From: Spironucleus salmonicida
Lineage: Eukaryota
Reading direction: 5' to 3'
Assembly: GCF_000497125.1 (NCBI RefSeq)
Contig: NC_090600.1
Span: forward strand, 1,385,197-1,449,196
DNA: 64,000 nucleotides
In this document: positions 12,001 through 24,049 of the stretch, piece by piece
Layout: each line of letters opens with the position of its first letter
Numbering within the stretch: the first letter of the stretch is position 1
Notes under the pieces: model-generated
Told to the model about the DNA's origin: nothing
Databases searched by the model: none
What the model saw: the letters and a program-made list of their open reading frames with translations, nothing else
Made by a program: the position numbers and the translations under genes

Positions 12001-13242
12001 ATGAAAAATCTTCGCAGCAACTATTTAAACAATAAATTTTTGTTAGACTGTATTATTGGATCGGGAGCTATGGGGATTGTTGGGTTATTTACTAATACTA
12101 TAACCAGGTAAAAAGTTGCAATTAAATAGCTTCCCGCATTCGAAGTAGAAGAGATTTATCTATAGGAGGCATTGAAAGAAGCAAATGTACATAGTTAATT
12201 GAGACATCCAAATATAGTATAGATATATGAATATTTTAAAATAGACTAATATTTCTATATAGTAATGGAATATTGTAATGCAGGTAATTTGGTTACTGAA
12301 AATACAAGATAGAGATTTAAAGAAATGTACAGATACAAGGAAATTTAATTCAAATTTGTTGATGAGTTAGTCTATTAAATAGTAAAGGCTGTTTATTATT
12401 TGCACTATTAACATTTTTTACATAGAGACATTAAACCATAAAATATCTTATTGCATGTTTAAAATGGACATTTATCTGTTAAATTAGCTGATTTTGGATG
12501 TAGTAAGAAACAAAAGTAAGAATATCAAAATACTATGGTAGGAACACCAGAATTTCAATCACCTGAATAGATTTTGGGTCAAAAATATACCAATAAAATA
12601 GATATTTGGGGATTAGGGTGTGTTATTTATTATCTTTTAGAGGGTGATGCTCCATTTATGAATAAAATTCATTCTTTATAAGTTCATTTTAACAGTAGTA
12701 AATCATGTGAATTACCAAAAAGTATTTAGGGAAAATTTCGAACACTTCTCAATAATACACTAATTAAGGACTAGAATTAACGTTTAACTGCTCTTGAAAT
12801 CTTACAAATATATTATGATAAACGGCTGGAACTTCATCAGCGACCATTGTTTCAAAAAAAAATAAAAATTGGAATTTTAGGTTAAAATTTTATCAATAGT
12901 TCGTATTCTTCTAATAATTTCTGTATTGAATTTGTGACAGTAACTCGTACACTAAAAGATGTCCCTCTGTACCTCATATGTGTTGATGACCTGATGCTTG
13001 GAAGCTTTTAAGCAGACTATATAAGCTAAACTGGGGGTAATGTATTTTGCCTTTTAGACTCTGCATAAAATTATGACAAATCTTAGTTAACTGAATTTAT
13101 GTCAAGAAATGATACCTTCATTACAAGTGTTTATCAAAATTTCACAGAACACTTGATTTGCAGACTTATAAATACATCTATTAGATTTAGTAAATTAAGT
13201 AAAAGCAAGGTTAAGAGCACGGTGGAATGTTTTGTTGATTGA
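12001..13242 (+). CDS. Ser/Thr protein kinase with C-terminal small-GTPase-like extension, 413 aa
   Basis: GSGAMG, VAIK, HPNIV, HRDIKPQNIL, LADFG, GTPEFQSPE, DIWGLG; all catalytic motifs intact. Confidence 0.92.
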
Positions 13243-13323
13243 CTTAGATTATGTAATGTAACAGTTAGATTTTAAAATTAGTATTAAAAGTTATTATTAT
13301 ATTATACTAAATCGAAATTTTAA

Positions 13324-13830
13324 ATGGATCCATTTATGTAAATTATTTAAGATCTAAATAACTGCATAGAATCTATTGACTATTCAGTGGCTAGACACGA
13401 ATCAAAATCTGTATATAATAGGTTATCTGAATCAAAATTTTATACAGGAAGTTAGCGAGAAATTTTTAAAAATAAATAGTTAATAGTTTAAAATAACAAT
13501 AATTATAGATAAAAATAAAAATTAAATAGGTTTACTCCATTAAGTACATTTTTAAGGACAAATATTTAGAGTAAATAACTGCCTTCTGAAAATGCACCAG
13601 ACGTATATTCTCGGCTAACAGATATTAAAAAATATACAGGAAGATAAAAGTTTACACATTAATAAGAATAAATCAAAGGAATGGTTATAAATTAATGTTA
13701 AAAATCATTATAAGATACGTCGTTATCTTCTTAAAAATATGGTAATGTATATTCTGCTAAATTTTATGAAAGTAACAGCTCTTTTGCTAAATTTAATAAA
13801 TAATTTTTAGATAACATTGAATCATAGTGA
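13324..13830 (+). CDS. Protein with two partial p25alpha (TPPP-type) motifs, 168 aa
   Basis: SVYNRLSESKFYTGSQREIF and DVYSRLTDIKKYTGRQKF match the RLTDxxKYTG core. Confidence 0.75.
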
Positions 13831-14757
13831 TGTTTATTGTATATTAGTTAATTTTTATTATATATATTCAGTTGTTTAACAAGAGTTTATAACTGATAGT
13901 TTTTTGAGTAGAATATTCAACTAATGCATATATTTTAATAGAATAATATCTTCAGATTCAAGTAATTAATTAATTATATTTTATTATAAAGTATCGTTTG
14001 ACATATTATTTAACATTTTTTCCAATCCATTTTTTTAATCTAAAATAATAAATATTGCATCATAAAAATACTCAAAAAAATAATTTAAATACTTATAGCG
14101 GACTTTACGATCGAAAAGTTCTATTTTAGATAAAAAAATATCCAGAAAAGCCTGGTGGTAAATAGTTGAGAATGCAAAAATCGCAATATGGCAAAAATAG
14201 AATGAACTCGGTTTTGAAAGTATGGAATCCGTTCCCGTTGGCATGAAAAAATCTTAATATAATGTTAAACTTGTTAATGTAAGCACGTTATTAAATAATT
14301 GTTGATTATTAAGTATTAAAACGTAATATCCCCAAAAACAATAAGTGACAGTAACTTTATGCTAAATGTTGATTTCAGCCAGTAAATCCAATATATCATA
14401 TCTTTCTGCCTATACTACATATTATATAACTGACTATGCATATAAAGGATGTTTAATAAATTTTTAACAGTAATAAGAAAGATCTATATTAACCAGATGT
14501 TAATAAACAGCTATTCTACCGAAAGCCTAAAGTATAATATTTTAATATTATGGCTCTAAATTTGGCTAGTTAATGTAATTCTGCAGTTGTTGCTAAAAGC
14601 AAGTTGAGTCATATCCTTTTTCTAGCAGCTTTAGTTGATTTTATATAAATGGTATAAGTTTTTCCTTTTAAGGTAGGTCTGATGATAACTGGTTCCGTTC
14701 TTTAAAGATATGATTAAAATTTTGAAACCTTAAATGGATAATCGAGAAATTATTCAT
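13822..14757 (-). CDS. Hypothetical helical protein, 311 aa
   Basis: MNNFSIIHLRFQNFNHIFKERNQ...; open in code 6, includes track ORF 14035-14244; stop overlaps the neighbouring gene by 9 bp. Confidence 0.65.
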
Positions 14758-14810
14758 TATATTAAATAAAGGTTACAATAATTAAATATAATTATATTAT
14801 AATGTATTTC

Positions 14811-17504
14811 TCACTGTTTATAAATAATTATTTCTCCATCAAATTAGAATTATTCTAATATACTCTCGATTAATTATGTTAAATGAGTGCTTATTTGGTC
14901 TTCAGTTACTGTATATTTATAGTTTTATTAGAATAGGTAATTGTTCAATATTTATAACTAATAAAATGATGGATTCTCCTAATATCGTTGTATTAAAAAT
15001 GACTCAGATAGCATTTACATAAATTCTTCTATATTGGTCTCCATATTATCTTAAAATATTTATTAAAATCTTAAGTCAAGTATTGATTCTAATGTGAATA
15101 TTGAACTATCACTATCTTGAAATATAATAGAATTTTGAAAGATAAATAGTGAATCAGAATTAGATATGTTTCGCCCATATATTAACTAATATTGTTACTT
15201 TTATAAACTCAATTCTGTTTTATAGTTTATATCCAAATCTAAGTTAAATAGTATTTTTTGGTCAACAATACCAAGTGTTTTGCTTATTTATATTTTATCT
15301 TCTTATTTTAAATTATCAGATAGGATAAATATATTTTTACCTTGAATATCCAAAGTTTATAATAATGTAGTTAGCTATTAGATATTTTAAAATTTGTATG
15401 ATTTTTCTGATTTATTAACTGGTATAAAATATTCGAACATATTAAATCCCATTAATTATCTATTACACCCTTAATAAATTAGAAGGAAAATAGATGGATT
15501 TTGTTATATATCGCATTAAAATTCAATGACTGTTCTTGCAGAGGGTATAATGTCATTTATTAATATATCATAACCAAATATCATGTACTTGATATTTTTG
15601 TAATTAGTCATATGAATTGTTATTCTAAACTAATTATCATGTATTGGCTAAATTTATACGTCAAAGGCAAATTTGTACATTTCTTGACAAAGCCTAACCA
15701 AATTCTGTTGCCTTTCATTCAGATCATCAATTTTATTTTATTATATAGCTCTTACTATATCCGAATGTAATTATATATCATCATTTTTTAATAATATGTT
15801 ATCAGTTTCTTCTTCTATTTGACATAATTCCTGACATGCCAAGTTGCCCCAATAACCATTTTTGTTAATAATGCAAATCTCAAAAATTAGGTTCAAAATT
15901 CGATTCCATTCTTCTATAAATACTTATTTTTCTTATTCAAAAGTTTCAAATCGAATATTAGTTTTAGCTAGTTTGAAAAGCACACCAATTTTTGAATGAT
16001 AAGTAGTACTAATAAGACTGATGATATCCGCGAATTCCTACATCTAATTATCACTTAAAATACTATATTTTGGCATAGAAATCGTTGCAATCTAAATTAG
16101 ACCACTCATATTATGTTAGTATTACTTCATTAAGTTTGATAATTAAATAATTAATTTAGGTGATTGATATAGTCGTATGACACATTTTCCTAGTCTTGTA
16201 AGTCCATTTTAGCCTACAAACTCATATTTTTATAACAACTATTCAATATTGATTATTAATTCGTTTAATTATTAATCATTAAGTTTATTTTAGTAACAGA
16301 ACAATGAATTCTTAATACCTTCAATTAAATTAAATCCTTAATTTCTAAATATAATTGCCGACCGCAAAATATCGTCTAAAAATTATGATTCAGCCACTTC
16401 AATAACAATCTCACGCGTTTCCCCCACAATTATTGCCTCACCATCGCGGTCTCTTCCAGCTCTGCCACTCATTTGTAGTAAATCGCTTTATGTGAAATGC
16501 AAGCTATCATAAATAATAACATTATCGGCGTGTAAGTTAACACCATAGGCTAGTGTAGTAGTAGCGAATAGGAGTTTAATAGCATTGTTACGGAAGAGAT
16601 TTTCAACTATTTTTCTATCAGAAGAATTGAGACTAGCAGAATGGAATCCTACTTAATGGGCTAAAGTTCGCTTCAAAATATTGTTTTAAGGTGGTTATAT
16701 TAGTGTTATTTTTGGAAATTTCTAAGCGTATTCAATAGCTAAATCAATAACTTTTTAACGATTTCTAACAAAAATTATTGTTGAAAAATTTTGATTAGAA
16801 TTTTAAATTAATTTTTCAGATAAATTTAAACTTTTGCAAAACTCAGTTTTAACATGAAATTTTCTATGTTTTTCATCAAATTAAAGAAGCTTAAAGCCTA
16901 TCCAGGCAGCTATTTCTTTTGCATTTTTAAGTGTTGCAGAGAGACATAGAAACTAGTTATTTTTATTAGCTAGGAGACGTTCAATCACATAGCCTCGCCC
17001 TTCGAGACCTATAAAATGAAATTCATCGATGATGATTAAGGCTTTTTCAATATTGGTTTTCTATGTTAAAATATCGAATTTTTCATATGTCAGGACTTGA
17101 ATAAGCGCATTAGAATTAATCTTTTTGTCTCCACAATTGTAGCCTACAGTACCAAAAATAGAAGTTAAAAATTCATGTACTTCACTAGCTAGAGCACGAG
17201 ATGGAACAGTGAAAAATGATCGTTTCTACTGTTTATAAAAAGTATCAATCAAGAAAGCGCCAACAAGTGTTTTACCTGCTGAAGTTGGTGCTGTTATTAT
17301 AGCTGATGAGTGTAATGCTTCCGTAATTGCAACTATTTGAAGACTATTTAGCAGAAAATTTCTAAATGTGGGAAATGGGGGACTTGCTGACTAATTATAT
17401 ACATCTGGAATGATGTTAACCTTACGCTCGTGTATAACAAACTTTTTAACACATTTTGCTTGTAGTATAGCATCTGAAAGAGATTCTATGAATAGCTCTT
17501 CCAT
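14811..17504 (-). CDS. Ski2-like DExH helicase with Sec63-like region (Brr2/ASCC3/Mer3 group), single cassette, 897 aa
   Basis: TAPTSAGKT, PSRALASE, TYEKFD, IIDEFH, LSATLKN, VGFHSASL, ATTTLAYGVNL, QMSGRAGR, TRLGK, QNLVRL. Confidence 0.88.
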
Positions 17505-17551
17505 TTGGATATATTAATATATCTATATATATTTATCATATAAATTATTAA

Positions 17552-17818
17552 TCATTACATTGTAATTTTGCTGAGGGAATCAACTTTTTAATTTAATTGG
17601 TTGATAATTTAGATTGTGTTATACTCAAAGGTACTAATACTTGTTGCTAATAATTTCGTATCTCTAGAAAAACTTACTTTCATATCATTAACTTACTTTT
17701 TCAAATCTGTAGTAGAAATAGTAGGACAATTATGCTCTATCAAGCTACTTTCAGTATTTAATAGATCAATATACTTATTAAGATTATCAATGGTGTTCAA
17801 ATATGTATTAGTTGTCAT
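17552..17818 (-). CDS. Small coiled-coil protein, 88 aa (paralog of 17885-18148)
   Basis: MTTNTYLNTIDNLNKYIDLL...ISTFEYNTIQIINQLNQKVDSL; aligns essentially end to end with the neighbour. Confidence 0.7.
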
Positions 17819-17884
17819 TTTAGAAGAGAATATAAATTAAAGTATATTTATATAAAGTAAATAAAATATAACAAATTTGAAAAT

Positions 17885-18148
17885 TCATTCAATAACTTTA
17901 ATTATCACATTAACCTTTTACTCCAAGATATCAACTTAATCCAATATATTCTTCTCAAACTAGAATATTTCACGACATAGTTATTATTTTGCATTTGTTA
18001 TTTATTATTATAACTCTTCTATGAGGTAATTGAATTAAGTAACATCACATTTAGGATTCTCATTAAATACTTAGTTACTTTTACCTTTAAGTAATGAGAT
18101 ATAATCGTTAAGGTTTTAAAGAGTTGCAATTAATATTTATGCTGCCAT
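17885..18148 (-). CDS. Small coiled-coil protein, 87 aa (paralog of 17552-17818)
   Basis: MAAQILIATLQNLNDYISLL...IFQFEKNILDQVDILEQKVNVI; CATTCC element upstream. Confidence 0.7.
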
Positions 18149-18233
18149 TATTTAGAAACGGAATGACTTTATTATTATATTATATCATAAATTTAAATAA
18201 AAATAAGTATGCTGTAAAGTATAAATCATGCTA

Positions 18234-18875
18234 TCATTTGTAATTTTTAATATTCGCCATTGTCTAAATGTTTGGTAAATGCCCAATAAATGTAGTATTA
18301 CCATATCGTCGCCGAAAGCCTGGTTGATTTATTCTATCCAATTCGTATTTATGTTTTTTAGTCAGTTTATCAAGGTCAATAATAAGCTTAGTTGGAATCA
18401 GCGTTAACTCTTTTTAATTTAATTTTATTTCTTACTCATCAGCATTTTTTTAATAAAACTATGAAATGTAATCATTAGTAACACCAAAATCAGTAAATTT
18501 CACACTGAGTTATTTTTCTGAACAGTTTTATATTCTTGTGGACTAATAATACTATCTAAGAAAGTTTTGTAGATAAATCTAACTATCAGCTTATTATTAT
18601 AAAGAAAAACTATCAAATGGTGTTTAATTTGGCACCAAAGGGTGTTACTTGTTACTAATGCTACTTTTTAACTATATCTCTGTAATAGGTAGATCTTATA
18701 AGTATTTATTTTAAATTGCATTATCGAATTAAATTTATAACTAGGAAGCTGGATCCGGCACATTAGATTTGTATTATCTTAATCTAAATTTAGGTGGAGG
18801 TCTTGGTTTGAGAGACTTGCTTAATATTGCACTATTAATGGCATCTTCTGATGGCTCTTGTAAAAACATCCGCAT
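18234..18875 (-). CDS. Hypothetical protein, 213 aa
   Basis: MRMFLQEPSEDAINSAILSKSLKPRPPPKFRLR...RINQPGFRRRYGNTTFIGHLPNI; upstream in-frame ATG at 18980 also possible. Confidence 0.65.
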
Positions 18876-19021
18876 TTATTTCTGGAGTATTAGGATCAGA
18901 TTACTATATAATATATATTATATGACTAATTTTTTATCACAACTGTTATAAAATATAGTTTAACACGCATAAACATACATGTGAAGTCATATAGTGATAA
19001 TTACTAAGAAAATTCTTCAAA

Positions 19022-19216
19022 TCATTAAAATTCATCTATTTTTTCATTGTTATATCTCTCCAAGTAATTTAACAAAATTTCTTTCGCATTTTTATATTCA
19101 TTTAATTTGGCTTATACTTATTATTTATTTTCTAATTAAGCTATTTCCTATTCTATTTCACTTACTTATATAGAAGCTATTTCATTTAATTTTTATTGGA
19201 TATTTTATTCGTCCAT
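19022..19216 (-). CDS. Small acidic coiled-coil protein, 64 aa
   Basis: MDEQNIQQKLNEIASIQVSEIEQEIAQLENKQQVQAKLNEYKNAKEILLNYLERY; heptad pattern, ends TAA TGA. Confidence 0.55.
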
Positions 19217-19260
19217 ATTTAAATTATATATTATTAAAATATTTTGTTATATCTAATAAA

Positions 19261-19710
19261 ATGGACTTGGATCTTAGGTAATCGGTTTTAGATTAAATGA
19301 TATCTTAGACCTAAAAACGCCAAATTAAATATTAAATATTAAATAATTAATAATTGAGCTTACCAAAATCACTTACTGTTACCTAGCTATACAATTCACT
19401 TATTTCATAACGACTAACAATATAGGATGTAAACTTAATACATTTGGCTGCTACAGAGTTAAAATAGAAAAAGTAGTCAGAATATTGGAATACATATCAC
19501 TCTCAAGTTATACAGCGACCAAACTCTGTATTTTAATATAAACCTAATTATAAATTACAACCACATGTTATTACAATGCCTAAGTAGAGAGTATAAGTCT
19601 ATGTAAATTAGTATCAATTAGACGGGTGCAACCATCATACTTATTTTAAACCATAAAATATTTCACCTTAAGTATAGTTAAAAAAGCATAATTCTGCTAA
19701 TTTATAATGA
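19261..19710 (+). CDS. Hypothetical protein, 149 aa
   Basis: MDLDLRQSVLDQMISQTQKRQIK...; fills the gap between neighbours, ends TAA TGA. Confidence 0.6.
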
Positions 19711-19739
19711 ACTACATTATTTTTATTTATAAGAGAAAA

Positions 19740-20174
19740 TCACTTCTCAACCAATTTGCTTACTATTTTACTGAATGTATCATAGTTCATTTAACCATTT
19801 GTTGCCAATTTATCCATAGCAAATTTGATGTCATCTTTTTGTACTGAGCCATCAAGTTTCTTTATTATGAAAAATAATTCCTCAACATCAATATTTCCTG
19901 AAAAATCACTATCAGCTGCTAAAAATAAAATTTATGGGATGTTTTTAGGATCTGCATTCTCAAAAATATAAAGAAAATGAACAAATTCTTATCTATTCAT
20001 TGATGGCTTGTCACTAACATTTACTATCGATACTAACTAATTTAAAGTAGAATCGCCCATATTTATATTTAGCTAATTTAGAGCGCACCTTAGTTCAACT
20101 AAGTCAACCTCGCCAGATTTATCTGTATCTATTTCGTCAAAGATAGAATGATAAATAGGCAGATTCTAAATCAT
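19740..20174 (-). CDS. Calmodulin-like EF-hand protein, 144 aa
   Basis: FDEIDTDKSGEVDLVEL and FLAADSDFSGNIDVEEL are canonical EF loops; EF2 and EF4 degenerate. Confidence 0.85.
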
Positions 20175-20345
20175 TTATGAAATTAAACTTTATATATTTT
20201 ATATTATTATTAATATATTAATGGAATATTTTAATTAGTATTATATAACATTAATTAATTTGTATAGTACAGTAACAATTGTATACTATTTATTATTTCT
20301 CCATATACTCTAAGTGTATCTATTATTTAGTTTTCACTACCAAAA

Positions 20346-21476
20346 ATGCTGCCCACGGCACCGACGCTAACTGATGAAATACTAGCAAAGCCTCTTACAC
20401 TTGCATCTATAGATTATCTACTGAAGCGCAAAAACCAACAGTTTGAAGATGCAATTTTGTACGACAAATCTGAGCAGATTACGCTTCAAACAGTAGGCCG
20501 AAACGTTAATTTGCGCGCAATCATCGAGTTCTCAAATGCATGTGCTCTTGACTGTGACTATTGCGGTATTCGTAAATCATCCGACGTTGAGCGATTTCTA
20601 CTGGATCGGGAAACTATCCTTGGCCTGGCCTAGAAGGCGATAGATATGGGATATCCAGGGTTGTTACTATAAGCTGGGGAGATAGTCACGTAAGGAAGAG
20701 TAGATTTTGTGGCTGATCTCGCCCGCGAAATCAAGAAAATGGCTACCAAGCAGTACAGTAAGGAACAGGGATTCCGGATTATCGGATCTATTGGTGAATT
20801 ATCGTTCGGACAATATAAATAGTTGAAGGATGCAGGAATTGATCGATACCTTCTTAGGATTGAATCGAGCAATCCAGAACTTTATGCGAAAATACACCCA
20901 AAAGAGTAGCGTTTTTACGCCCGGGATGCATGTTTAGACAAGCTTAAAGCACTTGATTTTATGGTTGGAACTGGAGTTCTCATTGGGCTCCCAGAGCAGA
21001 CGACATATGACTTAGCTCGGGATATAATGTATTTTAAGCGGAAGGGGGCAGATATGATTGGTATGGGGCCTTATTTGCCTGCAAAAGGCACACCCTTGGC
21101 CGAAAAATATGACAGAAAACAAATTGAAACTAACTTACATACCGAAAACCTATTTGATACTATTAAGAGGATGATAGCAGTAAATAGGATTTACAATCCC
21201 AAGGCTAATATATCCGCTACAACTGCGATGGAAACTATTTAGGCTAACGGAAGAGTTGAGGCAATCAAAGCTGGTGCAAATGTGGTGATGCCAGTTCTTA
21301 CACCTTAAGAAAATAAGGTGAAATACTCACTTTACGAAGGTAAAAATGATGTTAAAAGCTCGCTAGATATCTTAAAGAATTAGATTGAGTCTGCTGGAAG
21401 AACAATGGACCTTACGATTGCAGGGGACCCATTAAGCTGGGTGGAACACTTAAATGCTAAACATAGGTCTAAATGA
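20346..21476 (+). CDS. hydE: [FeFe]-hydrogenase H-cluster maturase HydE (radical SAM), 376 aa
   Basis: LRAIIEFSNACALDCDYCGIR (CX3CX2C), RYLLRIESSN, VGTGVLIGLPEQT, DMIGMGPYLP..GTPL, ATTAMET, AGANVVMPVLTP, YSLYEGK. Confidence 0.92.
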
Positions 21477-21723
21477 TTTGTTAAAATTAATCTTAATCTA
21501 GTTATTTAGTTGAAAGGGAGCAATTACTATTATAATTTATATTATAGCTATTACAATAAATATTACTGTAATTAATATGATAGTTTGTATAAATTTGTAT
21601 AAAAGATAAAATTTTACTATAATAATAACTCAAAATTAATCTTTTGAATAATATTTTTTGATATGATTTTAGTGTTAAAATTTATCAAACTAGAGTAAAA
21701 ACGAATATAAAGAATATATATTA

Positions 21724-22065
21724 TCACTGATCTGCCTTAGAAAATTCTTTGTAATTGTGCTAAATTCTATACACTGCAATTTCTAACATGTCTTTATCTG
21801 ATAGCTAGACATTATCAGCTTACATTATTTATATCTCTTTGAATACTAATGCAATAAATACTGATCCAAATTCTGATAAATATACATATGACTCTTCATC
21901 CTAAACTTCAATTGGGTCCGCTGTTTTATTAAAATCTAGTATCTTTTTAATTTATTTTACATCTACATAAGAATGACCAGTATCTACTTTCACTGGTTAT
22001 TTTCTATACTAAATAGAATTTGACTACCTAGGGTTATAAGTTTGACCAGCTGTGTCATCTGACAT
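21724..22065 (-). CDS. Hypothetical protein, 113 aa
   Basis: MSDDTAGQTYNPRQSNSIQYRKQPVKVD...; ends CAG TGA. Confidence 0.6.
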
Positions 22066-22103
22066 TAATGCTAAAACAATATAAATTATATATTACATAA
22101 ATA

Positions 22104-22901
22104 TCACTAAAAATATCCTAATTTTTTCATACTTTTAAATTAATCAGGAATTTCTTGCATCATTGCAGTAGCTAATATAAGCTCCGGATTTTCAGATTTA
22201 ATACACTACTTCTCTAATTTTGTGAAATTAACAAACTAAAAATTATCAAATTTACGGCCCTTCATATCATCGAAATACTTCATTTTTTCAAATGGACCGT
22301 CTCCGAACCCTAACGCACAAAAAGATATCGGATAGTTAGAAGCTTCAATAATAGCAATTTTGTCTCTTTACATATCTGAAACATCACCATCTGTCATGAT
22401 TATTATAAATAAATGCTGCTTATTATTATATGCTTAGCTGATTTCAATAGATTATTAGATTGCGGGTGCAAAAGTAGTCGGCCCAGACATGCAAATCGTT
22501 TATGCTACATATTGATATGCTTCTTTTAGTGGGTGAATTCCAGCAAAATGTGGGTCTTATTAAATAGGAAACATAAGTGGGAGAACTCTCCGATCTTTTG
22601 TATCTAAGCATCCAAACTTGAAAGCAGGTAGAATACCATCATCATCCAGCTCATAAATTAACGGTTTCATTACATCCATAGCATGCATATATGGATTGTT
22701 AAAAGATATATCATGAAGCGACCTTCCTTAATAAGTTTTTTCACCTGTCCAAGTGTTGGATTTTGAAAAATCAAAAAAGAATACGCTTTATAAACTTTCA
22801 ATACCAGCTTATTTAAGACCTCTTTACAACTGGTCATAGGTTTAATATCTATCTGGAATAGGGCTTCCTAGTGTGGTGAAAGATGACTTACTTGACCCCA
22901 T
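22104..22901 (-). CDS. vWA-only copine (RGLG-type), N-myristoylation motif, 265 aa
   Basis: MGSSKS; FFDFSKSNTWTG, RSLHD, NPY, LDDDGILPAFKFG, SGPTTFAP, IMTDG, ASNYPIS, GFGDGPF, RKFDNFQFVNF, MQEIPDQF. Confidence 0.9.
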
Positions 22902-22970
22902 TATGAATAAAGAGAGGATATATACATATAATGATAATATATAAAAAGTTTAAAAATTTAATATTAATAT

Positions 22971-23672
22971 TCACTACTAAGAGTGATATTATTAGTTATT
23001 GTATTCTTTGCTAGTGCACTGCTCTGCTACAATCTCTTTTTAGGCAGTTTATATTTCTTCTTATACTATATCTGCAAGTTATTTAATTTTATCATTTTCA
23101 TTATCATTTTACTTTAAAACTTTTTTGAACTACTCGTTCCTATTATTAAACTTTGCATACATATTAAGAACTCCACGTTCCATTACATCACTTATTTCGC
23201 CAGCAATTTTTCGACTCAACCACTTCATTTTTTCTAATGCATTTCTTACTGTCTCTATACTTCTGACCTCAAAATCATCAAGCGACTATTTTGCATCTGC
23301 AGGATTTTTTTATTAATTTTTACTAGTGAGTGCTTTCGCGTATTATTACTTCAACTGGTCATGCATTTTTACCCCTGGTCTAACGAGATCAGCTAAGAAC
23401 TTTCTCTAAGTTTCTGCCTCATGAGCTTGAGACTTTATCTGCTTTGCTATAATTTCAAACTATTATTACAGTGGCTATAATAGTTATGTGTAGTGTGGTA
23501 AAGGGAATTTTTTCAGTTCGTATGGTGGTTCTTTATGATTTATCTCTGATTTACTAAAAGAGCAAGAAAATGTGTGCAGGTGATTACTACATTCTTCTAA
23601 ATATTCTATCTGATCAGTAACAATCTTTTTAGACATCCAAAACTCATGCATAAGTGTATCAAGATCTGTCAT
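22971..23672 (-). CDS. Helical coiled-coil protein, possibly BAR/FAM92-like, 233 aa
   Basis: Extends track ORF 23484-23672 through TAA/TAG; three long helices, LDDFEVRSIETVRNAL segment. Confidence 0.65.
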
Positions 23673-24049
23673 TTTGATTTAATAATGTATAAAATAGGAA
23701 AAGGTTATTATACTTTTACTTATCTTAAATATATGATATTAAAGATTGCATGTAAACATTTAATAATATATTTTATTTATAATTATTAATTTTTGGTCTT
23801 AGATAACGCTAAGTAATTTGTTTAGTGTATTAGTTTTCTTCTAGTATTTATTATTGTAGTATATGTATTTATATCTGCGTTTCCTCTGCAATTAATAAAT
23901 ATTTTTATGAACTTAAGAAAATATACTACAACGACAATAAAATTAAATATTAGATTCTTATGTACAATAATATTAAAAGATTAAAATATCATAAATAATC
24001 CACTGATGTCGCAATAATATATAATATTGTATATATTTTTAAATCTTAA

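Noticed and set aside
20346-21476. HydE (and the flavodoxin-ferredoxin gene) as bacterial contamination or an operon
   Set aside because: Both use TAA/TAG as Gln, sit among eukaryotic genes and have no prokaryotic neighbours
23750-24049. Upstream in-frame ATG extending the second copine by 100 aa
   Set aside because: The paralog and the MGxxxS myristoylation motif fix the start at 24050; the extension is low-complexity
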